Positions 44,611 to 44,921 of a stretch of 44,921 bases of DNA are shown one piece after another. The position numbers were made by a program, and so were the translations under genes. The stretch's first letter is position 1, and each line of letters opens with the position of its first letter. The notes beneath the pieces were generated by a model. The model had not been told where the DNA came from, ran no database searches, and saw nothing but the letters and a program-made list of their open reading frames with translations. Source of the DNA: Candidatus Helarchaeota archaeon (GTDB lineage: Archaea > Asgardarchaeota > Lokiarchaeia > Helarchaeales > RDOG01); the NCBI GenBank assembly GCA_029838215.1, contig JALGVI010000013.1, forward strand, positions 1 to 44,921, given 5' to 3'.

Positions 44611-44921
44611 ATGATTTCGAATAATTCAATTGATTTAGCCTGTATCGGTTCAAATAATTTAGACATCATCATGATGGTAGAAGATGTATTAAGGTTTGAA
44701 CTATTTGACAAGGATAAGATTAAAAAATATACTGCCATCGAATATTCTTCTAAGCTGAACGTTCATGACATGGTATTAGCTCCGGGAGGAAGTGCAGCAA
44801 ACATCGCCGTTGATGTCACGTATTTAGGTATGAAATCCGCTTATATTGGAAAGTTAGGAAATGATTCACCGGGACAATCATGCATTCTTGATTTAAAAGA
44901 ACACGACGTTGACATCAAAGG
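44611..44921 (+). CDS. PfkB/ribokinase-family carbohydrate kinase (partial, runs off the window)
   Basis: Manual translation: MISNNSIDLACIGSNNLDII...APGGSAANIAVDVTYLGMKSAYIGKLGNDSPG. GAGGGG precedes the ATG. Confidence 0.88.
   Translation, partial: MISNNSIDLACIGSNNLDIIMMVEDVLRFELFDKDKIKKYTAIEYSSKLNVHDMVLAPGGSAANIAVDVTYLGMKSAYIGKLGNDSPGQSCILDLKEHDVDIK

Overview
A 44.9 kb AT-rich chromosomal window from an archaeon, very likely Asgard (Lokiarchaeia/Helarchaeales-like). The taxonomy is inferred from archaeal FEN1 and ABCE1, a ribophorin I homolog, Roadblock-like and Rab-like proteins, two SCP2 genes and large sequon-rich surface proteins. It holds about 38 CDSs, including one the ORF track missed (a decayed vapC) and a partial PfkB kinase at the right edge. 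No tRNA, rRNA, CRISPR array, transposase or integrase was seen. Main observations: (1) a ten-gene co-oriented cluster (24478-33333) joining two SCP2-type lipid carriers, an FAD oxidoreductase/Fe-S pair and a four-gene class I benzoyl-CoA reductase/2-hydroxyacyl-CoA dehydratase-like module; (2) a minimal MCM-like AAA+ motor lacking the N-terminal domain; (3) an unannotated box C/D-like sRNA with its own TATA box and a probable 16S rRNA guide; (4) a Rab-like pseudo-GTPase; (5) a GDGT ring synthase (Grs/Gms)-like B12 radical SAM enzyme; (6) a 1713-aa beta-helix/7-TM/zinc-ribbon receptor-like protein; (7) a B-box/coiled-coil/GRAM-like protein; (8) an orphan DNA methyltransferase with a degenerate duplicated domain. 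All family assignments come from motif recognition by eye; no searches were run.
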